Shown piece after piece: positions 29,634 to 38,680 of a DNA stretch of 64,000 bases (position 1 is the stretch's first letter; each line of letters begins with the position of its first letter). Source of the DNA: Thermoplasmata archaeon (GTDB lineage Archaea; Thermoplasmatota; Thermoplasmata; UBA10834). The notes beneath the pieces are model-generated. The model was not told the DNA's origin. It worked only from the letters and a program-made list of their open reading frames with translations, and made no database searches. Both the position numbers and the translations under genes were made by a program. The stretch spans positions 1,902 through 65,901 of the forward strand of contig JAEHCN010000001.1 in NCBI GenBank assembly GCA_020696395.1, in the 5' to 3' direction.

Positions 29634-30290
29634 ATGCATGAGAAGCAGATCGCCACCCTGAAGCATATCGCCCTCATGGGAGGCGTGCACGACTACATCG
29701 CCATATCCTCGAGGGAGCTGGGGAACGTCCTTGAGATCAGCCAGCAGTCCGCCTCGAAGAAGATACTTGAGCTTCTCGGGGAGGGTCTGATCGAGCGCGA
29801 CCTCGGTGCGAGGAGGCAGAGGATCAAGCTGACGGACAAGGGGTTCGACCTGCTCAGGAAGGAGTACTCCGACTATCAGAGGATATTCGAGATGAAGGAC
29901 CATCTCGTCATAATCGGTGTCGTCACCTCCGGCCTTGGCGAGGGGCAGTACTACGTCAATCAGGAAGCGTACGCCGAGCAGTTCCAGAAGAAACTCTGGT
30001 TCAAACCTTACGAGGGGACCCTGAACCTCAGGGTGTCCAGCCCGGAACTCCCCAAGGTGGACGTATTGCGCAAGTCCGAAGGCATACTGATAAGGGGGTT
30101 CGAGAAGGACGGGCGCACGTTCGGCGATGTGAAGTGTTTTCTCGCGACTATCCACAACATGGAATGCGCGGTCGTCCTGCCTGTCCGGTCGCATCATGTC
30201 GACATAATCGAAGTCATATGCAAGTATCACTTGAGGCGGTCCTTGGGCTTGAAGGACGGCGACCAGGTGGAGCTCATAGTCTCCCTGTGA
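29634..30290 (+). CDS. ribK: CTP-dependent riboflavin kinase with N-terminal MarR-type HTH
   Basis: ISQQSAS HTH, G.V.SGLGEG.YY, PYEGTLN, LR..LGLKDGD. Confidence 0.92.
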   Translation: MHEKQIATLKHIALMGGVHDYIAISSRELGNVLEISQQSASKKILELLGEGLIERDLGARRQRIKLTDKGFDLLRKEYSDYQRIFEMKDHLVIIGVVTSGLGEGQYYVNQEAYAEQFQKKLWFKPYEGTLNLRVSSPELPKVDVLRKSEGILIRGFEKDGRTFGDVKCFLATIHNMECAVVLPVRSHHVDIIEVICKYHLRRSLGLKDGDQVELIVSL

Positions 30291-30303
30291 AGCGACCGCT
30301 CTC

Positions 30304-31134
30304 TCACAGCTTCTTCGAGACATAGTCGAGGACGGACTCGAACACCGCTCTTCCATCCCCAGCGCCGTCCGGGTTACGCGTCCAGTCCGGGTGAGTGTAC
30401 CTGAAGAACACCCTCTCGGGATGCGGCATGAGCCCGAAGACGTTCCCCTCGCGGTTGCATATCCCCGCAATGTTCTCGGTCGAACCGTTGGGGCACCACG
30501 GGTATCCCGCGATGTCGCCCTCCGGGTCCACATACTTGAACACAAGCTGGTCGTTATCGGCCAGCTCCTTCACGACTCTCTTCGCGCGGTCGACGGGGAA
30601 AGTCAGCTTTCCCTCGGCGTGGGCGGATGGTATGGCCGATATCTTGTCGCTCGGGATCTTGGTGGTGAATGCGCAGCTGCCCCTGTTTACCTTCTTCAGG
30701 AGCGTGGGACGACACTCGAACCTTGCCGAGTCGTTCGTACTCAGCACGGCCTCCGGCACCTCCGTCATTATGCCCGACATGGCCGGTAGAAGGCCCGTCT
30801 CGACGAGTATCTGAAAACCATTGCATATTCCGAGCACAGGCTTCCCCGCGCGCACGAACTCCACGAGGTCGCGCGAGAGCCTGCTCTTCATCCGGGCGGC
30901 GAATATCGCACCTGCGCGCACATAGTCCCCGGACGAGAACCCGCCTGGGAGGACGAGAATCTGATAGTCCGCGAGGGACCGTTTCTCGTCGGATGTGACA
31001 TCGGTCCGGGTCAGCTGCTTGAGGTGCACCTTCTCTGGTTTCGCCCCGAGGCGTTTGAAGGACAGGTATGACTCCTCCTCGCAGTTCGTACCCTCTATCC
31101 TGAGCACGCATACGCGCGCGTTGCTCACCTTCAC
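30304..31134 (-). CDS. purQ: Phosphoribosylformylglycinamidine synthase glutaminase subunit
   Basis: GTNCEEE, PGGFS.GDY.RAG, GICNGFQ, MPHPER; GTG overlaps purL stop. Confidence 0.96.
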   Translation of the reverse strand: MKVSNARVCVLRIEGTNCEEESYLSFKRLGAKPEKVHLKQLTRTDVTSDEKRSLADYQILVLPGGFSSGDYVRAGAIFAARMKSRLSRDLVEFVRAGKPVLGICNGFQILVETGLLPAMSGIMTEVPEAVLSTNDSARFECRPTLLKKVNRGSCAFTTKIPSDKISAIPSAHAEGKLTFPVDRAKRVVKELADNDQLVFKYVDPEGDIAGYPWCPNGSTENIAGICNREGNVFGLMPHPERVFFRYTHPDWTRNPDGAGDGRAVFESVLDYVSKKL

Positions 31135-33464
31135 CCGACCATCCTCCACAGCGTCGATCCGAAGCTCTTCGCCAGCTTTCCGACCTCGAGGTCGACGAGT
31201 CTTCTGCTGGAGCCGATGACGAGGGACGAACCTCCGACCCTGCCCAGCTTGGCGACCTTGGTTCTTCCGTCCTTAGGCAGCAGCTTCTCCTTGCCCTTCC
31301 GTACCTCGATAAGCCACCGGCTGTTGCTCTCGTTGAACAGCTTCACGTCAGATCTGAGGCGCCCGAGCTTCTCAAGGCCGATGTTAGCTCCCACGTCTCC
31401 TCCGATGCACATCTCCGCCGATGCGACTGCCAGTCCGCCGTCGGAGACGTCGTGGCATGCTACGATGACCCCTCTCTCTATGCCTCTGATGATGACGTCC
31501 ATGCCTGCCCGGAGGGCGGCCGTATCCACGTCCGGAACCTTGGACGAATGGCTCCCTGTCGACCTGTAGTACGCCGAGGCGCCCATCTCCGGCCCAGTCT
31601 CTCCGACGAGGAATATGGGGTCGCCCTCTCTCTTGAAGTCCGATGTGACGCATTTCCTGATATCCCTCACGATGCCACACCCGAGTATCGCCGGTGTTGG
31701 AAGCACCGACCCCCTGGGAGATTCGTTGTAGAAGCTGACATTGCCCGAAGGTATCGGGAGGTCGAGGTCCTTCGCTACCTCCCCGATTCCCCTGACCGCC
31801 TCTCTGAACTGCCATAGTCTGTCAGGTTTCTCCGGGTTCCCGAAATTGAGGCAGTCGGTCAGTGAGTGCGGGCGCGCTCCGACGGCTGCGATGTTCCTGC
31901 AGACCTCGTCGACGCAAGTCTTGCCTCCTCTGTAGGGGTCACCGGCAACTGCGAACGGGTTCGAAGCGGTCGCGACCGCAAGTCCTCTGAACGATTCCTC
32001 GACGGGCTTCAGGACGGCAGCGTCGCCGTGCGTCCAGTGCCCAGTCTTGCCGTGCAACGGCTTTATCACTGTGTTCGCGCGTACCTCGTGGTCGTACTGT
32101 CGGATCACCCAGTCACGACTGCATATATTCTGGTCCGACAAGAGCTTCAGCAGGTCCTTGTCGTACTTTGTCTTCGCCTTCGGTGCCCTTTCCTTCTTTC
32201 TCCGTGTGCCCTCGCTAACGTGACACGGCCTGCAGTACTCCGGACCGGCCGTGAGGAAACCGAGCTCTAGATCGAAGACCTTCGTGCCATCGTAATACAG
32301 CCTCACCCGCTTCTCACGGATGATCTTGCCGACTGGCGTGGCCGGCACGTCCCAGAGCTTGAAGATGTGGAGGACTCTGTCCGCGTTCTTGGGGGAAACC
32401 GAGAGCATCATACGTTCCTGTGATTCTGACACCCATACTTCCCACGGGGCAAGCCCCTCCTCCTTAAGCGGGATCTTGCCGAGGTCGACCTCCGCCCCAC
32501 AGCCCCCGGCCAGTGCGATCTCGCCGACCACACAGGAGAGGCCTCCACCTCCCAGGTCTTTCATGCCGTTGACAAGCCCCTTCTCGTTGGCCTCGAGGAC
32601 TGCGTGAATGACAGGCTCCTTCATGATCGGGTCGCCGAGCTGCACGGCGCCCCTCGATTCCATCTCGCTATCCTCCGTCAGAACGGCCGAGGCGAATGTG
32701 ACTCCGTGGATGCCATCCCTTCCTGTTCGGCCTCCGACTAAGATGAGGACGTCCCCTGGCCCTCTGACTGCATTCCTCCGTATGTTCCTCTTCTCGGCTA
32801 TGCCGACGCAGCCGACGTTCACTAGGCAATTACCCGTGTAGCTCTCATCGAACCATAGGCCGCCGGAGACGGTCGGTATCCCAACTCTGTTGCCGTAGTC
32901 TCTTATCCCAGCAACGACTCCTCCCAGGAGGTACTTTGGATGCTTCACGCCGGCCGGGAGTTTTCTGAACGGATAGTTCAGGGGCCCGAAGAACAGCGGG
33001 TCCACCAGCGCGATCGGCTGCGCGCCCATGCACAGCACGTCCCTGAGTATTCCGCCGATGCCGGTGGCCGCACCGCCGTAAGGCTCGACCGCGCTCGGGT
33101 GGTTGTGGCTCTCGATCCTCAGCGCGTAGGCGTGGTCCCTGTCGAACTCCATCACACCGGCGTCGCCTCGGTCTATGACCTGTCTGTTGTCTATCCCGAA
33201 GATGTACTCCTTCAGGAACATCTTCGAGCTCTTGTAGCAGCAGTGCTCGCTCCACGCCTGACCTATCGCCTGGAGCTCGACATCCGTCGGGTTCCTGCCC
33301 TTTCCGTCGAAGTGGTTCCTGACCCTCCTCATCTCGTCGAGAGAAAGCCCGGTGCCGCTCTCGCGGCTTATCTCCATCAGCTCGTCGTCCGATGCCTTCG
33401 AGAGCTTAATCTCAGTCAGTTCGAATGGGGTGTCCTGGGGGACATAGAGCCTGCTCGACGACAT
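31131..33464 (-). CDS. purL: Phosphoribosylformylglycinamidine synthase subunit PurL
   Basis: WSEHCCYKSS, ESHNHPS, TGRDGIHG, SESQERM, LNFGNPE, HDVSDGG. Confidence 0.97.
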   Translation of the reverse strand: MSSSRLYVPQDTPFELTEIKLSKASDDELMEISRESGTGLSLDEMRRVRNHFDGKGRNPTDVELQAIGQAWSEHCCYKSSKMFLKEYIFGIDNRQVIDRGDAGVMEFDRDHAYALRIESHNHPSAVEPYGGAATGIGGILRDVLCMGAQPIALVDPLFFGPLNYPFRKLPAGVKHPKYLLGGVVAGIRDYGNRVGIPTVSGGLWFDESYTGNCLVNVGCVGIAEKRNIRRNAVRGPGDVLILVGGRTGRDGIHGVTFASAVLTEDSEMESRGAVQLGDPIMKEPVIHAVLEANEKGLVNGMKDLGGGGLSCVVGEIALAGGCGAEVDLGKIPLKEEGLAPWEVWVSESQERMMLSVSPKNADRVLHIFKLWDVPATPVGKIIREKRVRLYYDGTKVFDLELGFLTAGPEYCRPCHVSEGTRRKKERAPKAKTKYDKDLLKLLSDQNICSRDWVIRQYDHEVRANTVIKPLHGKTGHWTHGDAAVLKPVEESFRGLAVATASNPFAVAGDPYRGGKTCVDEVCRNIAAVGARPHSLTDCLNFGNPEKPDRLWQFREAVRGIGEVAKDLDLPIPSGNVSFYNESPRGSVLPTPAILGCGIVRDIRKCVTSDFKREGDPIFLVGETGPEMGASAYYRSTGSHSSKVPDVDTAALRAGMDVIIRGIERGVIVACHDVSDGGLAVASAEMCIGGDVGANIGLEKLGRLRSDVKLFNESNSRWLIEVRKGKEKLLPKDGRTKVAKLGRVGGSSLVIGSSRRLVDLEVGKLAKSFGSTLWRMVG

Positions 33465-33473
33465 CCAGTACCC

Positions 33474-33713
33474 TCACTTGATTCTGATCGTGTAATTGTG
33501 GATCACGGGGTTGGCTAGGAGCTTCCTGCACATCTCTTCTACGCTTCTCTCGGTCTCCTCCGTTTCCCCATCGGTCTCAATCTCGAAGACCTTCACAGAT
33601 CTGACTTCTCGGACTCCCTCGAATCCGAGCAGCTCGAGGGCCTTGAGTGTGTTCTTCCCCTCAGGGTCAGCTACCCCCTTCTTGAGCGTGATTCTGACCT
33701 CTACCACAGCCAT
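33474..33713 (-). CDS. purS: Phosphoribosylformylglycinamidine synthase subunit PurS
   Basis: LKKGVADPEG, MCRKLLANPVI; ATG 33713 after AGGTGA (the ORF-track extension to 34187 is spurious). Confidence 0.95.
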   Translation of the reverse strand: MAVVEVRITLKKGVADPEGKNTLKALELLGFEGVREVRSVKVFEIETDGETEETERSVEEMCRKLLANPVIHNYTIRIK

Positions 33714-33975
33714 TATATGGTCACCTGTGACCGCATTACCGTCGCCGATACTTAGACTTTGAGGGCTGCGGCGATTCTTTATAACACGGCTGCGGCACAG
33801 TATGGGGGCTGGCTTCGGAAGGAGACTGGAGGATACAGCTGCCAAGGACTGGCCCTGTGCGAGCACAGGGCGATCGACATATTCTGCTATAGACCCGTTC
33901 GCGCGTCCCACAGCGCCCAAAGGGGGCGTGGAGAAGTACCCGAATCTCCGCTTGCGCGGAAAGAGGTGAAACCGC

Positions 33976-34517
33976 ATGAAATGTACTGTCTGCGCAGTGC
34001 TAGGGATAGCGGTGGCTGTGTCCTTGCTACATCGGCTGTGGCTATCGGCGACGGCGGTCCGAAGAAGACGAACCTGCTCCTGTACCAGAAGGACCCCGAC
34101 ACATGGGAGATAGTCGGGGATGGCGCGTGGGGCTAGCTGCGTTTCGCAACCTCGGGGGAGGAGTTCGAGTTCAAGTTCAACGGCCACGACTACGATTCCG
34201 ATGACGGCATGGGAATACTACCAGACGAGGACTACACGCTGATTTACCACCCAGATCCTTGGCCTGGTACCGGATTGATCAAGCTTGGGGAAGCAACATC
34301 ACACATGTGCTACCTGGGCTACCCATATGTGATGATACAGATTGTCGGGTCCTGCGACTCCGGGGACCTACCGATAGCGCTCGACGACAACGACGGGGCC
34401 AAGATATGGCTTGTGCTGTCGGACGACCTCGGAGACGATCACATGACAGGATGGAATCCGACAAGCTATCTCTTCGAGTCGAGATTGATCACGTTCGTAG
34501 ACACAAATGATTCTTGA
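33976..34517 (+). pseudogene. Disrupted gene for a secreted protein (frameshift near 34020, in-frame TAG 34134-34136)
   Basis: RBS GAGGTG then ATG 33976 opens a signal-peptide-like MKCTVCAVLGIAVAV; the protein continues in another frame (VLATSAVA...LYQKDPDTWEIVGDGAWG*LRF...FNGH...LIYHPDPWPG...AKIWLV...WNP..YLFE), which joins ORFs 33759-34136 and 34209-34517. Confidence 0.7.
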
Positions 34518-34605
34518 GAACAATCGGTTGCGAACTCTTGTTCGGTGCACTCAATCCTGCCTCCGGGCAGGAGTCTACAATTTCTCCCCTGGCTGCTCCT
34601 CCAGT

Positions 34606-35367
34606 CTACTGTCTCATCTTCCTCGCCAAGGCCAGGTATCCAGTGTGTCCCAGCATGTCACAGCTTGGCCTGACACCACGATCGTGGACCATCATCTCTC
34701 TCTGAAGGGTTTCGAAAGCGAACAAGTCCTGGAAGCCGACCTCCCGCATCTTTCTGACCGTGCTCTCGAGCTGATTGGCGTTAGGCACATAGGAGCATAC
34801 ATGCCCCCCGACACGCAGGGCAGAGGCCGCAGCAGGAAGAGCATCCCAGGGGTTGGGGATGTCGAGCACGACACCGTCCAGGTCGGTCTCTTCGATTCCT
34901 TGGCAGACATCCCCCATCCTCAGTTGCCAGCAGGAGGCGAAGTCCGAGCGCCCGACGTTCCTCTCGGCCACCTTGGCGTGGTCTTCCCTTACCTCGTACG
35001 TGTAGACCGTACCAGCAGGCGCAACCGCCTTCAGGAGCACGATCGTCAGGCCGCCGGACCCCGCTCCGGCTTCGACGACCCGACTCCCGCATCCTAGGTC
35101 CATGTGCATCGGTATGTGGAAGCTATCCTTCGGCGAGATTATCTGCGCTCGTCTATCCATCTGGCTCAGGATGTCCATCACGGACGGCTTCATGATGCGG
35201 AAAGAGTGGCCAGCGACGGCAATATCGTCTCCGAATGACGAGCCACAGATGGCCGTCCCGTCTATGGTTCCGAGACGTCTCACTTCGAGCATCTTCCTCT
35301 CGGCGACGGCGAAGTGCTTCGTCCCCTTCCCGTCGATGAGGATGACCCTGGTTCCTTCTTCGATCAA
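34606..35367 (-). CDS. trmI: tRNA (adenine57/58-N1)-methyltransferase
   Basis: RRAQIISPKD, EAGAGSG, YEVRED, LDIPNPW, RP...M.GHTGYL; TTG start after GAGGAG. Confidence 0.92.
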   Translation of the reverse strand: MIEEGTRVILIDGKGTKHFAVAERKMLEVRRLGTIDGTAICGSSFGDDIAVAGHSFRIMKPSVMDILSQMDRRAQIISPKDSFHIPMHMDLGCGSRVVEAGAGSGGLTIVLLKAVAPAGTVYTYEVREDHAKVAERNVGRSDFASCWQLRMGDVCQGIEETDLDGVVLDIPNPWDALPAAASALRVGGHVCSYVPNANQLESTVRKMREVGFQDLFAFETLQREMMVHDRGVRPSCDMLGHTGYLALARKMRQ

Positions 35368-35398
35368 ATCCAACTCCTCTTGCGTGCGTCGCAGCGCA

Positions 35399-35686
35399 TC
35401 AGATTCTCCTGAGCTCCTTCTCGCACGCGTGACACTTCCTCTGGTCGTAACTGAGTGCCGTCCCGCAATGCGAGCACCGCGGGAGCGGCCGGAACCTCTT
35501 TCCCTGAGGCTCGGACACTGCAACGCCGTCGGCGGCGGACTCCTGACGTGACTCCACCTTCTCCTTCTCATCTTTGTATTCAACCGCGTTTCCGTCCATC
35601 CTGTATCTTGGCAGCTCCTTCGAAACCGGTTGCCGCGGAGCAACTCCGTCCGTCTTCTTCTTCTTGAATGGGAACATCTCACTCAC
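35399..35686 (-). CDS. Small zinc-ribbon protein
   Basis: C-terminal CSHC-x10-CHAC, basic N-terminus; directly upstream of trmI. Confidence 0.7.
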   Translation of the reverse strand: MSEMFPFKKKKTDGVAPRQPVSKELPRYRMDGNAVEYKDEKEKVESRQESAADGVAVSEPQGKRFRPLPRCSHCGTALSYDQRKCHACEKELRRI

Positions 35687-35889
35687 GTCGTCGGATGAAA
35701 CCTCTCCTCTGCAGAGGTCGTTATGTCGTCACCCGTATTTTGACTTGCCTCGGCCCCGCCCAGTGCGTTCGAAATGTTACCGCGAGCATATCGCTCTTTC
35801 ATAATCTGGCCCGGTTCTTCGCAGGAACGTCTGAATGTCGCACCCTTGGCTGAAAAACCGACAAGAACTAATATGGCTATGGCAATCAT
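35683..35889 (-). CDS. Small protein or remnant with hydrophobic N-terminus and partial SHOCT motif
   Basis: MIAIAILVLVG followed by P.QIMKERYARGNIS; stop overlaps the next start (GTGA). Confidence 0.4.
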   Translation of the reverse strand: MIAIAILVLVGFSAKGATFRRSCEEPGQIMKERYARGNISNALGGAEASQNTGDDITTSAEERFHPTT

Positions 35890-35996
35890 ATTGCCGTTCC
35901 AGGGGTGCTGCAGTCGAGGGGGGAGCCACGGTTTTCGTACCGGTAGAACAGCGTCCCCCAGAGGCAGCGTTTCCAGGACGACCCTGATTTAGGAGG
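35881..35996 (+). promoter_or_regulatory. Palindrome and multi-stem leader upstream of ferredoxin-AOR operon
   Basis: GGCAAT-cat-ATTGCC; nested stems CAGGG/CCCTG, GCTGC/GCAGC, GGGGGA/TCCCCC, CGGT/ACCG ending 4 nt before RBS AGGAGG. Confidence 0.45.
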
Positions 35997-36002
35997 AAAT
36001 CC

Positions 36003-36416
36003 GTGATGAGCAAAGGCCTGAAGATTGAGCTTGAGAAATGCATCGGCTGTAACATGTGCGCCTTGATCTGCTCCGGGTCACACGTGGGGAAGTTCAACCC
36101 CAGTGAGTCCAGGATCAACGTCGAGGACGTTTTTCCGGAGCCTGGCGAGTTCAGGTTGAACTACTGCACACAGTGTGACGAGCACCCATGCGTCGAGGAG
36201 TGTCCGGCTGAGGCGATCAAGCTGGATGAGGCGTTGGGCATATACTACGTCGATAAGGAAGAGTGCACTGCGTGTGGCCTGTGCGTCGATGTCTGTCCAC
36301 ACAACGGCCTCTGGCTCGATCCTTCGGAATCACACGCTATCAAGTGCGACCTGTGCGGGGGGACGCCCAAGTGCATCGAGGTGTGCCCTAGGAAGGTCAT
36401 TTCGAGGGGTGAGTGA
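36003..36416 (+). CDS. 4Fe-4S dicluster (polyferredoxin-like) AOR electron-transfer subunit
   Basis: CIGCNMC..IC, CTQC...PC...CP, CTACGLC...CP, KCDLC...P.C...CP. Confidence 0.92.
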   Translation: MMSKGLKIELEKCIGCNMCALICSGSHVGKFNPSESRINVEDVFPEPGEFRLNYCTQCDEHPCVEECPAEAIKLDEALGIYYVDKEECTACGLCVDVCPHNGLWLDPSESHAIKCDLCGGTPKCIEVCPRKVISRGE

Positions 36417-38263
36417 AGATGCCGACAGGATACACTGGCAAGATACTGAGAGTCGATCTGACCAATGACAAGGTGGCGACTGAGCCGACGAAGATGGAGT
36501 GGGCAAAGCAGTTCATCGGCGGCAAGGGATTGGGCGCCAAGTACCTCTACGAAGAGCTGAAGCCAGGTACCGACCCGCTATCGCCGGACAACATGCTCAC
36601 GATATGGACGGGGCCGCTCGTCGGGACGATGGTCCCGCTGACGAGCAGATACGTCGTCATCACCAAGTCCCCTCTGACCGGAACCTTCCTGGACACCTAT
36701 GCGGGCGGTTATTTCGCCCCGGAGCTGAAGTATGCAGGGTTCGACGGCATAATCGTCACGGGGAAGGCAGCGAAGCCGAGCTACCTCTGGGTGAACGATG
36801 GCAAGGCGGAGATACGGGATGCCAAGAACGTCTGGGGCAAGGACATGTTCAAGACGGAGGAGCTTCTCAGAGACGAGGTCGGGCACAAGTACGCCCGCGT
36901 TGCAGGGATCGGGCAGGCGGGCGAGAAACTCTCCAGGATCGCTGGTGTCACCTCAGACATAACCAGGAACGCTGGCCGTGGCGGAGCAGGCGCGGTGTTC
37001 GGCTCCAAGAACCTGAAGGCCGTTGTCGCGAAGGGCTCGCTCGGCGTCGAGGTACCTAAGATAGACGAGTTCATGGAGATGGCCAAGCAGATGCTCTGGA
37101 AGGACGTCGTCGAGAATCCGGACCATGCCGGTCTGATAACTGATGGTACCCCGATAATCGTCGACATGAGCCAGGACGCGGGCATCCTGCCGACGAACAA
37201 CTGGCACACGGGCCAGTTCGACGGGTACCTTGGGATAGACTCCGACGCCTTGAAGACCAGGGTCTTCGTCAAGAAGAAAGCCTGCTTCTCCTGCGGGATC
37301 GCCTGCGGCAGCTTCGCCAAGGTGAGGGACGGCCTGTTCAAAGGGTCTTCCACAGAGGGGCCTGAGTACGAGACGCTCGGACTGGCAGGGTCCAACTGCG
37401 GTGTGAAGAACATCGAGGCCGTCGTCAAATTCTCCGAGGATTGCGACAGGTTCGGTCTGGACACCATGTCCGCCGGCTCAGCTGTCGGCTTCGCTATGGA
37501 CATCTACGAGAAGGGCATCATTACGAAAGAGGATACTGGAGGCCTGGATCTCAGGTTTGGGAACGAGGAGGCGTACGCGAAGATGCCTGAGATGATCTCC
37601 CTGAGGACGACAAAGATCGGCGACCTTCTCGCGGAGGGCACGCTGCGTGCCGCAAAGGCGATAGGCAAGGACACAGAGAAGCTCGTTATTCACTCGAAGG
37701 GCAGCGAGTATCCTGCGTACGATCCGAGAGGCTCGATCGGCATGGCGCTCGCGTATGCGACCTCCGACCGAGGTGCGGACCACAACAGGGCGTGGCCCGT
37801 CGCGTCGGATGCGTACGGCGACGGAGACCCGTGGAGCACGGATGGCAAGGCCGCGATCTGCCACGAGGAGCAGATAATGAAGAGCTACAAGTGGAGCATG
37901 ATCTATTGTGACTTCTACGGTGTCAGCGATGAGAACATGGCGATGTACTACACTGCCGTCACAGGACTCCCAGCGGATGCGGATTGGCTGAAGGCGGTCG
38001 GCGTACGGGTATGGAACCTGGTCAGGGCGTTCAACGTCAGAGAGGGTTTCTCGAGGAAGGACGACACCATGCCAGACAGGATGGCGACGGAACCCCTGCC
38101 GAGCGGGAAGACCGAGGGGAAGACCGTCAGTCGCGAGGCCTTTGAGAAGATGCTCAACGAGTACTACGCGCTCTGGGGCTGGGACGAGCAGGGCAGGCCG
38201 ACGAAGAAGACGCTCGAAGATGCCGGTCTGAGCGACATCGTAGGGACCCTCGACTACCTCTGA
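36413..38263 (+). CDS. aor: Tungsten aldehyde:ferredoxin oxidoreductase family
   Basis: GYTGKILRVDL, GGKGLG, KSPLTG, GRGGAGAVFGSKNLKA, CFSCGIAC, GPEYET, GLDTMS, YDPR, RGADH, EYY...GWD..G.P. Confidence 0.95.
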   Translation: MKMPTGYTGKILRVDLTNDKVATEPTKMEWAKQFIGGKGLGAKYLYEELKPGTDPLSPDNMLTIWTGPLVGTMVPLTSRYVVITKSPLTGTFLDTYAGGYFAPELKYAGFDGIIVTGKAAKPSYLWVNDGKAEIRDAKNVWGKDMFKTEELLRDEVGHKYARVAGIGQAGEKLSRIAGVTSDITRNAGRGGAGAVFGSKNLKAVVAKGSLGVEVPKIDEFMEMAKQMLWKDVVENPDHAGLITDGTPIIVDMSQDAGILPTNNWHTGQFDGYLGIDSDALKTRVFVKKKACFSCGIACGSFAKVRDGLFKGSSTEGPEYETLGLAGSNCGVKNIEAVVKFSEDCDRFGLDTMSAGSAVGFAMDIYEKGIITKEDTGGLDLRFGNEEAYAKMPEMISLRTTKIGDLLAEGTLRAAKAIGKDTEKLVIHSKGSEYPAYDPRGSIGMALAYATSDRGADHNRAWPVASDAYGDGDPWSTDGKAAICHEEQIMKSYKWSMIYCDFYGVSDENMAMYYTAVTGLPADADWLKAVGVRVWNLVRAFNVREGFSRKDDTMPDRMATEPLPSGKTEGKTVSREAFEKMLNEYYALWGWDEQGRPTKKTLEDAGLSDIVGTLDYL

Positions 38264-38569
38264 GCAGGCACAAACCTCAACGACCAGAAGTGGTGAGCAA
38301 TGCCCATCACCTCTGGTCAAGATCCGATTTTCTTCGTGTTTCAGGCGATTTCGGGCAGTTATTTGCAGCAGAGGTAAAATATATATCTATCGATATTTAA
38401 ATAGGCGTTTCTGATACCTTTTCACCGGTACTTTTGTTGTCTTTGAACGCCTCCCAATAGGCTGTCGCCGATTGTGAAAGTTTCAACCATTAAGGGCAGT
38501 GATTCGAAAATCATTCATAAAGACCCGGTTGAATTTGTACGCAGGCAAGATACATATACACCCTTCTCC

Positions 38570-38680
38570 AAGAATATATATGTCATCAGTCCTTTACTGA
38601 GCCCCGTGGGGAGCACAGGCTCCCTGATATGGCCATTCCCATGGTTTCGATGGGTCTGGCCCTTCAGTTGGTGCGCGTAG
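38570..38680 (+). promoter_or_regulatory. TATA box and structured leader of ferredoxin/aminotransferase operon
   Basis: AAGAATATATAT at 38570-38581; hairpins GGGAGC-ACAG-GCTCCC and CTGA-TAT-GGCC..CCCAT/ATGGG..GGCC-CT-TCAG. Confidence 0.45.

Noticed and set aside
35900..35990. Canonical Moco/Wco RNA motif
   Set aside because: Consensus elements as I recall them (GCCUCC and the closing GAAAGG) are absent; kept only as a novel-structure candidate
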